From a virus, in IMG/VR virus record IMGVR_UViG_3300042887_005324, positions 110,042 to 174,041 of that record: 64,000 nt of DNA; one strand, written 5' to 3'. The notes under the pieces were generated by a model, which was not told the DNA's origin, did no database searches, and was given only the letters and a program-made list of their open reading frames with translations. Numbering within the stretch: the stretch's first letter is position 1; each line of letters starts with the position of its first letter. Both the position numbers and the translations under genes were made by a program. This document shows, in pieces, positions 28,778 to 39,000 of the stretch.

Positions 28778-29734
28778 ATGGATTTATTTGAATATTTCAC
28801 AACAGATAATATTTCAGGTAAAAAATGTAATCAGAAATGGCTAAAAGTAAATAACCCAGATTTATACATCGAGATAACCAATTGGTGTGATAGTTATGAT
28901 AGTCTCAGAAATATCGAATTTAAGAGAAAAGTTTATCATTATATAAATAAATTAGTTGAAATACCGACTTGCAAGACCTGCAAAAGTTCAGTAAATTATT
29001 CTAGACTAAAAGATGGGTATAGAACATATTGTTCTGATAAATGTGTTAAGAGTTCTGAAGAATATTATAAAAAATGGCTTATTAGTGTTTCAAAAACTCT
29101 GAGCTCCGGTGATTTTATTAAAAAAAGAGAAAAAACCTGGAAAGATAAGTATGGTGATGACTTTTATAAGATAATACAAGAAAAAAGAAGAAAAAATATT
29201 ATAGATAAACACGGCTGTGAAAATGTTTTTCAATTAGAATCAACAAAAAACAAACGTAAGGAATCATTATTAGAAAAATATGGTTCAGAAAAATATAATA
29301 ATCCAGATAAAACAAGAGAAACTCGAATCAAAAATGGAACTCAAATAAATGATGAATCGGTGGATAAATTTATTGAATATAAAAAAGTTGTAATTAATAG
29401 AACAATTACAATATATCGAAATAACAAACACTTGATAAACTCAAATAATTTAAAGAGGTCAAAAAGAACATATCATATTGACCATTTATTCTCTATAAAG
29501 CAGGGGTTTTTGAAAAATTTACCAGTGGAAATAATTTCACACCCATGTAATCTACATATGATTCACTATAAGGAAAATTTAATTAAACAAGATAGTTGTT
29601 GGATTACCCTAAATGAACTTTTAGAAAAAATTATCTCTTATGAAAAAGATTTAATTTTCACACATGAACATCTTAAAAATAAATACTCCAAGGTAAAAGA
29701 AATATCAGAGAATTTACTATTAAGTTTAATATAA
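28778..29734 (+). CDS. putative free-standing homing endonuclease (HNH-like)
   Basis: CKTC/YCSDKC zinc motifs, KYG repeats, C-terminal YHIDH...HPCNL. Confidence 0.6.
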   Translation: MDLFEYFTTDNISGKKCNQKWLKVNNPDLYIEITNWCDSYDSLRNIEFKRKVYHYINKLVEIPTCKTCKSSVNYSRLKDGYRTYCSDKCVKSSEEYYKKWLISVSKTLSSGDFIKKREKTWKDKYGDDFYKIIQEKRRKNIIDKHGCENVFQLESTKNKRKESLLEKYGSEKYNNPDKTRETRIKNGTQINDESVDKFIEYKKVVINRTITIYRNNKHLINSNNLKRSKRTYHIDHLFSIKQGFLKNLPVEIISHPCNLHMIHYKENLIKQDSCWITLNELLEKIISYEKDLIFTHEHLKNKYSKVKEISENLLLSLI

Positions 29735-29749
29735 TATATATATTAAATA

Positions 29750-29956
29750 TTACTTGTTAAGATTCTGTGAACCAACACAAATATTCTTTTTTGAGATTTC
29801 ACTTTTATATCCCCACACATCATCAGTAATCATATGACAAGCATGTTTGTCTTTACCGATAGATTTCATCTTATCGACATAAGTTCTGAACTTTTCACTA
29901 TGTTGATTATTTAGATTCCAAGGACACTCTTTACAAGGTTTACGACATTTTTTCAT
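29750..29956 (-). CDS. small Cys-rich protein (DUF6283-like)
   Basis: PCKECPW...ACH...ICVG; TATTTTTG promoter 4 nt before ATG. Confidence 0.55.
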   Translation of the reverse strand: MKKCRKPCKECPWNLNNQHSEKFRTYVDKMKSIGKDKHACHMITDDVWGYKSEISKKNICVGSQNLNK

Positions 29957-30000
29957 AATACAAAAATATAAAATAAATTTTTATTATCAATAATTTTTCT

Positions 30001-30008
30001 TATATTTG
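30001..30008 (+). promoter_or_regulatory. Bacteroidota sigma-A -7 element
   Basis: TATATTTG 15 nt before ATG 30024; divergent TATTTTTG at 29961-29968. Confidence 0.6.
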
Positions 30009-30023
30009 TGAAAATAATTATCT

Positions 30024-30641
30024 ATGTATAAAATTGGACTATCAGGAAACTTCTATTCTGGTTATGATCAAATCTCAAAAATGTTTCAAAGTCAAGGAAT
30101 ATTAGTATTTGATGCAGATACTATATTAAGGTTTATGGTGAATTACTCACCTAAACACATCAAATTAATAAAACAATCATTTGGTGACTCAATTTATAAT
30201 TTTGGATTGCTCGATATGAAACTACTTCAATCAAATAAAGACTTTGATAAAGTATTAGATATTCTACAAACTGACTTAATGAAGGCTTACGAAAAGTGGA
30301 GAATTAATAACTGGAATGCTGTTTATACTATTTTCAAATCTCAAATCTTATTTGAAAGAAAAATAAATCAATCTATGGACTTTAATATATCAGTCTATAA
30401 ACCATCAATTGAAAGACGATATGAGATACAAGAAAAAACTTCTATTCCAATATCAACAATTGATCATATTCTTAGAAATGAAATGAGTGAGCTTGATAAA
30501 AATCAAAAATCAGATTTTGTAATTCACAACTATTCTTTTCATGATATAAAGAAGCAATTGGAGAATATTAACAAAGCAATTCTGAAAAAGAATTACCACT
30601 CTGATGATTCATATCAAAGTGTTAAAAGTATGTTTACTTAG
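30024..30641 (+). CDS. dephospho-CoA kinase-like protein with degenerate P-loop
   Basis: MYKIGLSG...VFDAD...FGDSIY...LFE...K..SDFVIHN follows CoaE, but the Walker A GKS reads GYD. Confidence 0.7.
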   Translation: MYKIGLSGNFYSGYDQISKMFQSQGILVFDADTILRFMVNYSPKHIKLIKQSFGDSIYNFGLLDMKLLQSNKDFDKVLDILQTDLMKAYEKWRINNWNAVYTIFKSQILFERKINQSMDFNISVYKPSIERRYEIQEKTSIPISTIDHILRNEMSELDKNQKSDFVIHNYSFHDIKKQLENINKAILKKNYHSDDSYQSVKSMFT

Positions 30642-30894
30642 TCTTTAGAACAATATCTTCTCCTTTGTCGGTCAAATCTTTGAAACAAGATAATGACTTA
30701 GCGATTAGATATCTATCTAAATCATTAAAATGTTCTTTATCATAAGATACTTGTACAGCATTGATAAGTATATTCATTGCAGTAGTTGGATCTAGTGATT
30801 CTGCTTTTAATAACTCATTAATTTCATCTAATCTTTCTTTATCTTCTTCTGTTAATTGAGATAAATCGAATTCATTGATATTTTTTTCTACCAT
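30634..30894 (-). CDS. hypothetical acidic protein
   Basis: 86 aa ATG ORF. Confidence 0.6.
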   Translation of the reverse strand: MVEKNINEFDLSQLTEEDKERLDEINELLKAESLDPTTAMNILINAVQVSYDKEHFNDLDRYLIAKSLSCFKDLTDKGEDIVLKTK

Positions 30895-30946
30895 TTTCTT
30901 TAATTATATTTTTATTTTATATTTATTTTAATTATCTTTGTTCATT

Positions 30947-31405
30947 ATGTATAATATACACATCATAGAAAATCAGAAAGAAAATACTGTACCAGTAACA
31001 CTCACTATTGTAAAAAATGGTAATAAGTTATTGATGGTTAAAGCAGTAAAGTGGTTCACTGGTTTTGGACTTCGTGAATCTAAAGATATAATTGATATGG
31101 TGGATAAAATTCCACAGATTATAAAGAAATATGCAACAACTGAAGAAATAATCGAACTACGAAAAGATTTATCTACCAACTCTGAGTGTTTATACACAAT
31201 TGATACGGTATCTGAATCAAGAAATAAGAAGTTGATTGAACTTGGTCTTGGCACAAAACAAGACTATATAGATGATTTAGTAGAAAAAGATTTACATACA
31301 CTTATCTCAAAAAGGTTTGATTATAGTGAACTTAAAAAGGTTTTAACAGAAAGATATAGTTTGATTAGTAAAGAAAATTTAGAAAAAATATATGAAAGTA
31401 ATTAG
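30947..31405 (+). CDS. ribosomal protein bL12 (L7/L12) C-terminal-domain protein
   Basis: NKLLMVKAVKWFTGFGLRESKDIID...PQIIKK matches the bL12 CTD (KIxVIKxVRxxTGLGLKEAKxLVE); no dimerisation NTD; TATCTTTG promoter at 30933. Confidence 0.7.
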   Translation: MYNIHIIENQKENTVPVTLTIVKNGNKLLMVKAVKWFTGFGLRESKDIIDMVDKIPQIIKKYATTEEIIELRKDLSTNSECLYTIDTVSESRNKKLIELGLGTKQDYIDDLVEKDLHTLISKRFDYSELKKVLTERYSLISKENLEKIYESN

Positions 31406-32129
31406 TCTTAAAAACACAACTAAACTCGTAAAAGGTGGTATTTACGATGTACTAAAATTACAGAATCAAAACACATCAACATCTCGTTACTTTAGACCAA
31501 GAGTTTTAATAAAACTTAATGACTCACAGTCTTTTTGGTTTAATGTCAACAATTTCAAATTAGAGAATGGAAATGACTTACCAGAGACGAATTGGGTAGA
31601 TTCATCCATTGATACAACGAACTATTCTGATCTAAGAATGACATCGACATATAAACCAAAAGTTGGTGAATATGTTGTTTACACTGCTAACTCACATAAA
31701 ACACTTAATTATAATAGCATCTATAAGATTGTTGATGTTAGAACTCAAGAAAAAACAAACTACGGAAGAACTTATACTTGGTTTGAAATTAAGGTAGAAG
31801 GCTCAAGTAGATTTTTAAGAACATACTCTTTTAGAAGATGCTCTGCACAAGAACTAAGAGAAATAAGTTTGAGTGAAGTCATGGAACTTCCTACTGGTGT
31901 TTCAAAAGTAGATAAATCTATCAGAAACATAGACAAACTAAGTGAAACAGATAAACAGAAACAAATCGCTAGATTGTTTATGTGGTCTTGTATTGACACT
32001 ACAAGAAATAATCTATCAATTATTGACTGGGCTTGTACAAAATTAGGCACTAAACTTTCAGTAAAACCAACTGACTTTGAATTCTTGAATACAATGACTT
32101 TCAAAGAAATATCCGAAATATTTGATTAA
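31392..32129 (+). CDS. hypothetical protein (possible tandem SH3-like beta domains)
   Basis: 245 aa ORF coupled to the upstream gene. Confidence 0.6.
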   Translation: MKVISLKNTTKLVKGGIYDVLKLQNQNTSTSRYFRPRVLIKLNDSQSFWFNVNNFKLENGNDLPETNWVDSSIDTTNYSDLRMTSTYKPKVGEYVVYTANSHKTLNYNSIYKIVDVRTQEKTNYGRTYTWFEIKVEGSSRFLRTYSFRRCSAQELREISLSEVMELPTGVSKVDKSIRNIDKLSETDKQKQIARLFMWSCIDTTRNNLSIIDWACTKLGTKLSVKPTDFEFLNTMTFKEISEIFD

Positions 32130-33721
32130 AAAATTCTATTGATTTCAGATTGAATGTATTGCTCATCAATCTGAATATCTTTTGATTTATCATCAATAGA
32201 CTTTTCAATTAGTTCTGTAATATATTTTTTATCAGAGTCTTTTACCCATATTGGATAAGGTAGTCTTTCGATATCTTTATTTTGAATATTTTTTGTATGA
32301 TTTATTACCTTTTTAAGAATAGTATTACATTTCTCACTGAGTGTCCAGGCAATAATAAAAAACAACTCAGACTTATCAACATCTTCTTTTAAGATACCAA
32401 CTGGAGAACTATTATCTATGATATAATTCTCTGGTAAGTATCTAGATTTAATTCTACTTGATATTAATTGCCAGGTCATTCCTTCTTTATTATAAAATTT
32501 CTCACCACCCATACCACCTAAATACCAATTCCCATTCTTTTTGAATGTTCTTAAAGTAAGTCCATCATTATCCCAGAATATTACTTTACTTGGTTTAGAA
32601 AATAAAAAATCTGAAGTTGCAACATTGTAAAATCGATAGTAATCGTGTGGAAGATTAATTTTCTTAGGTGTTTTAGATTTTGTTATAATAACATTTAATT
32701 TCTTTTCGCCATTATTTTGTTTTTCTTTTAACTTTCTCAGCTTTGATATTGATACTTTTTTATTTTTAGATCGATTAATTTCATGATCAACTGATATAAA
32801 CTCTTCGAATACTTCAAATTCATATTCTTCTACAATAGAATTATCTGGTAAAATATCTCTAACAAAGTATTCATTCTTACCAGTTGTTAAACCACCAGAA
32901 CAAATCATGTAATCACCAATAAATTTATCACTAAACATATCAGAAAAATGTTCATCAACAGACCAACTATAGTTCGGTGTCTTCTCAATACTTTTTAGTA
33001 AAACTTTATGATCATCTACAATAATATAATCTTTGTGCTCACTCATAGAAAATTTGAGTATTACCATTGGATATTCAGTTTCTTCTGAGAAACTATTAAT
33101 TGAAGTAATTTCGATTGAACCGTTTGATATCATCCAAGTTCTCAAACCTTGCATAGTTTTGATAGTTTTAAATGTATCAGAACAAATAAAAATTAATTTT
33201 CCATCTGATGTAAGTAACTCTATTGACTTCACGATAAAATAAGAGTAGGTTTCTTTTTTTATCTTGAGTCCATTTCTTCTTCCATAAATTTTCTCTAAAT
33301 CTGATTGATATTGAATATTAATTGTACCACCGAATGGGGGATTTCCAATTATGTAATCAAATTCAACTCGGATATCTGCTATTAAAAAGTCAAAACAATA
33401 TAGATTATGTTTAAGTGGTAGATATCCCCATTTTTCGTGTATTTTAGTTAAACAAGAGTCATAATATTCTTGATCGATCTCATATCCCCAGATATTATAG
33501 TTTAGTATGTAATCTAACTTTTGTTCAATTGTACCGTTGTATAGTGATAAGAACTTTTCAATTAAAAAAATAAGAAAAGAGCCGTCTCCAAAACAAGGTT
33601 CGAGTACTTTATCAGACTTTGAAAAAGATAAATTATTTAAGATATCCTGAGATAAATTAAGTGGTGTCATATACTGACCAAATTGTTTTTTCTTATCAGA
33701 TAGGTGTTTTGTTCTTGCCAT
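32126..33721 (-). CDS. N6-adenine DNA methyltransferase (Eco57I/TaqI-like, orphan)
   Basis: GQYMTP, LEPCFGDGSF, GYEID, IIGNPPF motifs plus C-terminal TRD-like region. Confidence 0.88.
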   Translation of the reverse strand: MARTKHLSDKKKQFGQYMTPLNLSQDILNNLSFSKSDKVLEPCFGDGSFLIFLIEKFLSLYNGTIEQKLDYILNYNIWGYEIDQEYYDSCLTKIHEKWGYLPLKHNLYCFDFLIADIRVEFDYIIGNPPFGGTINIQYQSDLEKIYGRRNGLKIKKETYSYFIVKSIELLTSDGKLIFICSDTFKTIKTMQGLRTWMISNGSIEITSINSFSEETEYPMVILKFSMSEHKDYIIVDDHKVLLKSIEKTPNYSWSVDEHFSDMFSDKFIGDYMICSGGLTTGKNEYFVRDILPDNSIVEEYEFEVFEEFISVDHEINRSKNKKVSISKLRKLKEKQNNGEKKLNVIITKSKTPKKINLPHDYYRFYNVATSDFLFSKPSKVIFWDNDGLTLRTFKKNGNWYLGGMGGEKFYNKEGMTWQLISSRIKSRYLPENYIIDNSSPVGILKEDVDKSELFFIIAWTLSEKCNTILKKVINHTKNIQNKDIERLPYPIWVKDSDKKYITELIEKSIDDKSKDIQIDEQYIQSEINRIF

Positions 33722-33746
33722 TAGATTTTATATTTATTTAAAACAA

Positions 33747-33773
33747 AAAAGTCCTGAAATAATCAGGACTTTT
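33747..33773 (-). terminator. intrinsic terminator after rpsA
   Basis: AAAAGTCCTGA-AATAA-TCAGGACTTTT. Confidence 0.8.
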
Positions 33774-33794
33774 AATTGTAAAAACTAAATCTGT

Positions 33795-34883
33795 TTATTT
33801 AGCAACTGAAAGAAAAATCTTTCTTGCTGATCTATCAACAGCGATAATTTTTACTTTTACATCATCACCAGCGTTGAACTTCTTTGAAGTCTTTTCTAAT
33901 TCAGATGTGTGAATCAAACCGTTTGTTTCTTCATCAAGAATAACAAGAGCTCCAAAAGGTTTCATATCTTTGATTTTACCATCAATTGTTTGACCAACTT
34001 TGATAGTGTCCCACAAAGACTCACGAAGAATTTGTGTCAAGATAATCTTATCTTTAATGATTTCTTTGATGTAGAATTGGATTTGGAATCCAGGTGTGAT
34101 TTGGTGAATACGATCTGCCCATTCTGGAACGATATTAGTCTTGTGAATCATACCAGTCAAACAATCGTTGAACTCAACGAATACTCCGAACTGAGTTGTA
34201 CCAGTTACATTACCAGTGTAAACAACTCCATACTCAAGTTCTTTGATAGCTTGTGGAATAAGAGTTTGTAGATATTTTCTACGGCTCACAATGTAAGTTC
34301 CTTCTTCTTTAGCAAAAGATTCGATCATTACTTCAAAAGTTTGACCAACAATTGTCTCAGGTGATGATAACTTATTGATACCAGCTAATGTATTTGGCAT
34401 AAATCCTGGTAGAGTAACACCTTCATACTGAATTTCAACTGCGTATCCAGCTGGAGTAAGTTCTTTGACATGAGCAGTGACTGAAACTCCTTCTTCTAAG
34501 TTAGTGAGGCTAGCTCTTGCTTTAGACTCATAAAGTTCAGATAAACTTCCTTTGATTAAATAATCGTTTTCATCAACTTCACTAATCAAAACATCGATTG
34601 ATTCACCGATATTTGTATTTTTCAAATATTTAGCTTCACTTGGTCGGTTTTCAATTCGAACATAATCTTTGAATCCACCGTCAAAAGTGAAAGAATCACC
34701 AGAAATACCTACATATTTCACATTCATTACAGCACCTTGTATTGGTGTTCTCATTTCATAAGCATCGTATAGAGATGCCATTTTTTGTCTTTCTTGTTGA
34801 TAAGCTTCGACTGCATTTACATCGAGAACATCAACATCATCAAAATCCATCATTCGTGGATCGTACTTTAATTTTTTACCCAT
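33795..34883 (-). CDS. rpsA: ribosomal protein bS1-like (about 4 S1 domains)
   Basis: Tandem S1/OB motifs: GNVTGTTQFGVFVEF...GMIHKTNI; GKIKDMKPFGALV...GLIHTSEL...VKVKIIAVD..RKIFLS; IVSRRKYL linker. Confidence 0.88.
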   Translation of the reverse strand: MGKKLKYDPRMMDFDDVDVLDVNAVEAYQQERQKMASLYDAYEMRTPIQGAVMNVKYVGISGDSFTFDGGFKDYVRIENRPSEAKYLKNTNIGESIDVLISEVDENDYLIKGSLSELYESKARASLTNLEEGVSVTAHVKELTPAGYAVEIQYEGVTLPGFMPNTLAGINKLSSPETIVGQTFEVMIESFAKEEGTYIVSRRKYLQTLIPQAIKELEYGVVYTGNVTGTTQFGVFVEFNDCLTGMIHKTNIVPEWADRIHQITPGFQIQFYIKEIIKDKIILTQILRESLWDTIKVGQTIDGKIKDMKPFGALVILDEETNGLIHTSELEKTSKKFNAGDDVKVKIIAVDRSARKIFLSVAK

Positions 34884-34911
34884 ATATTTTTTTTTAAGAG
34901 AGTTATGAATA

Positions 34912-34939
34912 TTTCTATTCGTTTAGTGTTAAAAGTTTA
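34912..34939 (-). promoter_or_regulatory. putative phage-sigma promoter of rpsA
   Basis: TAAACTTTT-13nt-TAGAAA on the minus strand. Confidence 0.5.
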
Positions 34940-34946
34940 TTATTAA

Positions 34947-35339
34947 TTAAAAATTATTTCTTGGGATGTTATTCTTAGTCATATAATCTCTAATTCTAAT
35001 TGCATCCTCGTACTTTTCTTCTTTAAGACATTGATCCAATTTTTCATTGAGTTCTTTAGTAATTACATCTTTTGATTTCTTTGAGTCTGCTTTCTCATCA
35101 GTCAAAGAGTTGAAATAATCTGTCATTTGAGAAATATCAACAAAGTAAAGTGTTTTAACAGATGATTTTAACTCATCTTTACTTAACTCACCTAATTTAT
35201 CACTTTTTTCTAATTTGACTTTAAATTCATCAGTAAAAGCGTTATTGTCAATAAGATATTTAGCTAAATGATAAGGTCTGTTCTTAAATAGTTTAAGAAT
35301 TATAATTAGATTTTGATAAATTTTTTCATTATTCTCCAT
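34947..35339 (-). CDS. protein with C-terminal UVR (UvrB/UvrC) coiled-coil motif
   Basis: LNEKLDQCLKEEKYEDAIRIRD. Confidence 0.7.
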   Translation of the reverse strand: MENNEKIYQNLIIILKLFKNRPYHLAKYLIDNNAFTDEFKVKLEKSDKLGELSKDELKSSVKTLYFVDISQMTDYFNSLTDEKADSKKSKDVITKELNEKLDQCLKEEKYEDAIRIRDYMTKNNIPRNNF

Positions 35340-35362
35340 AATGGGTATATTGAAAGTTCAAA

Positions 35363-36052
35363 TCAAAGTTTTTCAAAATAAAGATTAAAATAATAACTAA
35401 AAGCAAATCTATTAGCTGGTTTATCCTGATAGAATTTTATTCTTATATCCAGTTCGTTTGCATCAGTTTCAGTCTCGAACTTTGTTAATAAAGTTTCAGG
35501 TGTTTCAATACTAGCATCATACTGATTATTATATTTAATTCCATCTAATGTCAGTAAGTCAGCACTTTGATAATAAATCTCAACTTTAGAAAACTTATAT
35601 CTGTTTAATACATTATTGTCTATATAACTTCTTATTGCAGCATTGACATTGTTATTTACTGTCATGTTATTTCTAACACCTTCAAATGTTCTGTAAGTTT
35701 TTAATGTAGCAAACAAATAATTTCTCAATATTGATTGAAGTTCAATGTCTAAAATCCACCTTGCTTCTGCATTTTTCTGCTCTTCGGTTTGAGCATCGTC
35801 TAAAAATAATCTATGATTCGTTTGTTTTTCAATGACAGTATCAAATACAATTTGTGGTAGATTACTTTCAGAATTTAAATCTAATTGTTCACCATTATCT
35901 AATTGATAATAAACAAGATTTTCATCTTGTATCATAATCGAATCTTCAATTTCTAACATTTTAGATCCAAAAAATGAACTTTCTTCAACCATATTAAAAG
36001 TACCATGTACTTTTACATAATCAAACTCTGGACTTATATACTTTCTTCTCAT
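35363..36052 (-). CDS. putative virion structural protein
   Basis: 229 aa, last gene of the overlapping 43556-35363 operon. Confidence 0.55.
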   Translation of the reverse strand: MRRKYISPEFDYVKVHGTFNMVEESSFFGSKMLEIEDSIMIQDENLVYYQLDNGEQLDLNSESNLPQIVFDTVIEKQTNHRLFLDDAQTEEQKNAEARWILDIELQSILRNYLFATLKTYRTFEGVRNNMTVNNNVNAAIRSYIDNNVLNRYKFSKVEIYYQSADLLTLDGIKYNNQYDASIETPETLLTKFETETDANELDIRIKFYQDKPANRFAFSYYFNLYFEKL

Positions 36053-39000
36053 TATAATAATTTATTATTGCTTGAATTTGAACCAGTTTGTGGTAACTTA
36101 AATATTAATGATTTATTTGCAATTGCTGGTTCAACTTGTGGAACTTCTACACACTCATAGTGATACTCATAGTCCCAAGTAGATTTGAATATAAAGAAAT
36201 CAACCACATGATATCCGAATTCATCTACCATTGGATAAACAGACTTTTTATCAGGATTGTTCTTTAGTTTCAAAATATTTTGGCTTCTATTTACTTTACT
36301 TACAATTCTTTCTCTTATTTGACCAAAAGCTGTCAATTCTGTATCAAAAAGATAATTACCAAAACTTTGTGTTAATGATGGTGCTTTAAATAAAGGAATA
36401 TCATTAAAAATTGGTGAATAATAACCACTATGTCTATAAAGTCTATTATAGATTTCATTTTCCAAACCAGAATAATTAGGTATCTTCAAAGGCTCGGTAG
36501 TTTTCTTTTTAATCTTAACACCAAGATTTTTGTCAGAAAAATGATTTAATTGTGAAAGTGAATTAATATCACCATCATCTAATTGTCTCTTAATTTTAAT
36601 TTCACTCTTACTAAGACTCACTGGTTCAACTTCATTCGACTTTATATAAGTTAATAATTCGTCTGGACCTTCACATGTTAGTAGTACAGGTAGACTACCA
36701 ATACTATTTAAGTTATTGAAGTCGTAAATATTTAAGCTTGAGTCTTCGTTTACTATAACATATTTAACTAAATCAGAGAATCCATATTTGTTAGTTAGAT
36801 CATTAAGTGATGACATGAAATTCTGTGCAGTAAGTTTTGAAAACATATCATTGTATAAATCATCTCTATTAGTTCTTGATATTTCATCTGAAACAGTTTG
36901 AGCAGCACCAGCACTAATTATGTATTTAATATATGTGTTATCATCTATAAATATATTTACGAGCACATTCTTGTATTTTTTATTTATATAGATACAAATA
37001 CCATTCTCGAGAGATCCCTGACTTGCAATATAGTAAAACCTATTATTCATGAATATTATTGAATTCTTAGCAATACCAGTAGTATAACTATAATTAGTAT
37101 CAGGTACCATACTATAAAATCTTTTCCAATTAGGATCAAGTGGTGGTATAACACCGATTTGTGTAGTTTGTGATGTTGTAAGGTAAACAATATCTTCATA
37201 TATTACATAATGACCAAAAACAAAATTCAAACTCCAACTAGATGATAAATTGTAATCCTTAGTAGAATCCCAAAGTGATACTAGGGTCCATAAACTAAGT
37301 GAGTCAGGAGACTCAGACCAGTATTGTGTTATATTAGAATTTTCATCCACATAAGAATTACCAGTCACCGGTGGTTGACTTGTTGGTTTGTTAGCTTTCC
37401 AAATTTTATTTTTATATAAAATAGTATCATCTTGATTATAGGTGGTATTTGGAGTCCAGAAATTACATCCTGATGCACATGAAGAGTAGTAATACTCACC
37501 TTCATTATATACTAGTGGAGGAAAATCACCATTAGTTCCACCAAAAGCAGAATTAGACGGTACGGTAAACATGTTATTAGCACTGGACTCATTTGAACCA
37601 TCTCTAGTTGGAGACCAAAATATAGTGATAGTTCCTTCTATAACCCAATCAGAAGAGTTATATGGAAAAATATTTGGATCAGTTATTTGTGATGTTGTTG
37701 ATTGACATTCATATATTGTATTGTTAAATAAAACCCAATCGTTTTTAAGATAAAGTTTGTCGTGTTTCCATTCTTCAATTATTTTTGGAACTAAGCTAGT
37801 ACTACCTCTAAATGTTAGTTGACCAGTATTAAGATTAGATTCACTTGAACGAACTGTAAAGTTATTCTTACTCAATAAAATAGAAAATTTGTAACCATCA
37901 TAATTATTATTACTTTTAATATTAATCGCATCAATTTTACCATCAGTAATTTTAATACCGTCTACATCATACAGATTAAACTTCAATCCTCTAAATAAAG
38001 TCGTGTTGGGTGTGTAGTTATCACCAGTGTTAAAATAAGACCATTTTTTTGAGTTTACTATGTCATTTCCTGAGTCAAAACTCATTCTTTTACCAAAAAA
38101 GTAAGAAAAATAATCTTGATCATAACTAAAATAGTTGAGATATTTTTCTACATTAAAACAGCTTCTTGCTGTATTTACTAATTTACCACCTACTGGACTG
38201 TCATTTGGTCCACTTGGTGTGACCTTTGCAATTATACTATATCCACCATTTTCAAAAATCATTGAATTGACAAAACTATATGTATTGTAATTTCCATTAG
38301 TATAACCTTCATTCTGAATTATTTGAATCTGGTCTCTAGCACCGAATGATCCCGGTGAAGAGATCCCAGTAATTTTAATCTGAGTACTAGAGTATGTCAC
38401 AATGTCTAAAAATGTAATTTCTTGATCATCTATAACATGTAGACTATGATGTGTAAAGTCATTTGACTCTGGATCAATAGTTAAAAAGTAATCTAAGTTT
38501 CTTTCGACTCTACTTGGTACAGGATCGTAAGGATTTGTAGTTCTATTAAAGTCTTCTGCTGCAAAAGAGTTATTTAACAAATAAGGATAATCATTTGATG
38601 AAATAGAATTCTGATATCCCCATTTAACTCTTTCTGCATTTTTTCTCCAAAGAGTTGTTAATTCATCATCAAGTATTTGAAATGTTTCACCATTAGCAGT
38701 GTATTCACTAGATGCTGGAATATTAACAACTTTACCATTGATTTTGAAATCATCAAAAGTCTTTGGAAAAGAATTTGACTGTTGATTAACACTATACATT
38801 TTAGTTTCATCTGTAAATGTAAGTTGGTCTTTCTTAATATATTCGTGTTTAGAAAACTGAGTATCTATAATATCTAAGTCAAAGTCTTTTATATCAGAAA
38901 ACTTCAACTTGTATATGCCAAACTTCTTAATATCATTTTCAGCATCAACAATCAAACTTATAGATTTTCTATAATTAGGATCTGGATCATTTACATAATA

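Noticed and set aside
29732-29745. Palindromic TAATATATATATTA as a late promoter
   Set aside because: Lies between convergent gene ends with no start downstream; a counter-example showing the motif can occur by chance in AT-rich DNA
32126-33721. Complete restriction-modification system
   Set aside because: No recognisable cognate endonuclease adjacent; treated as an orphan protective methyltransferase
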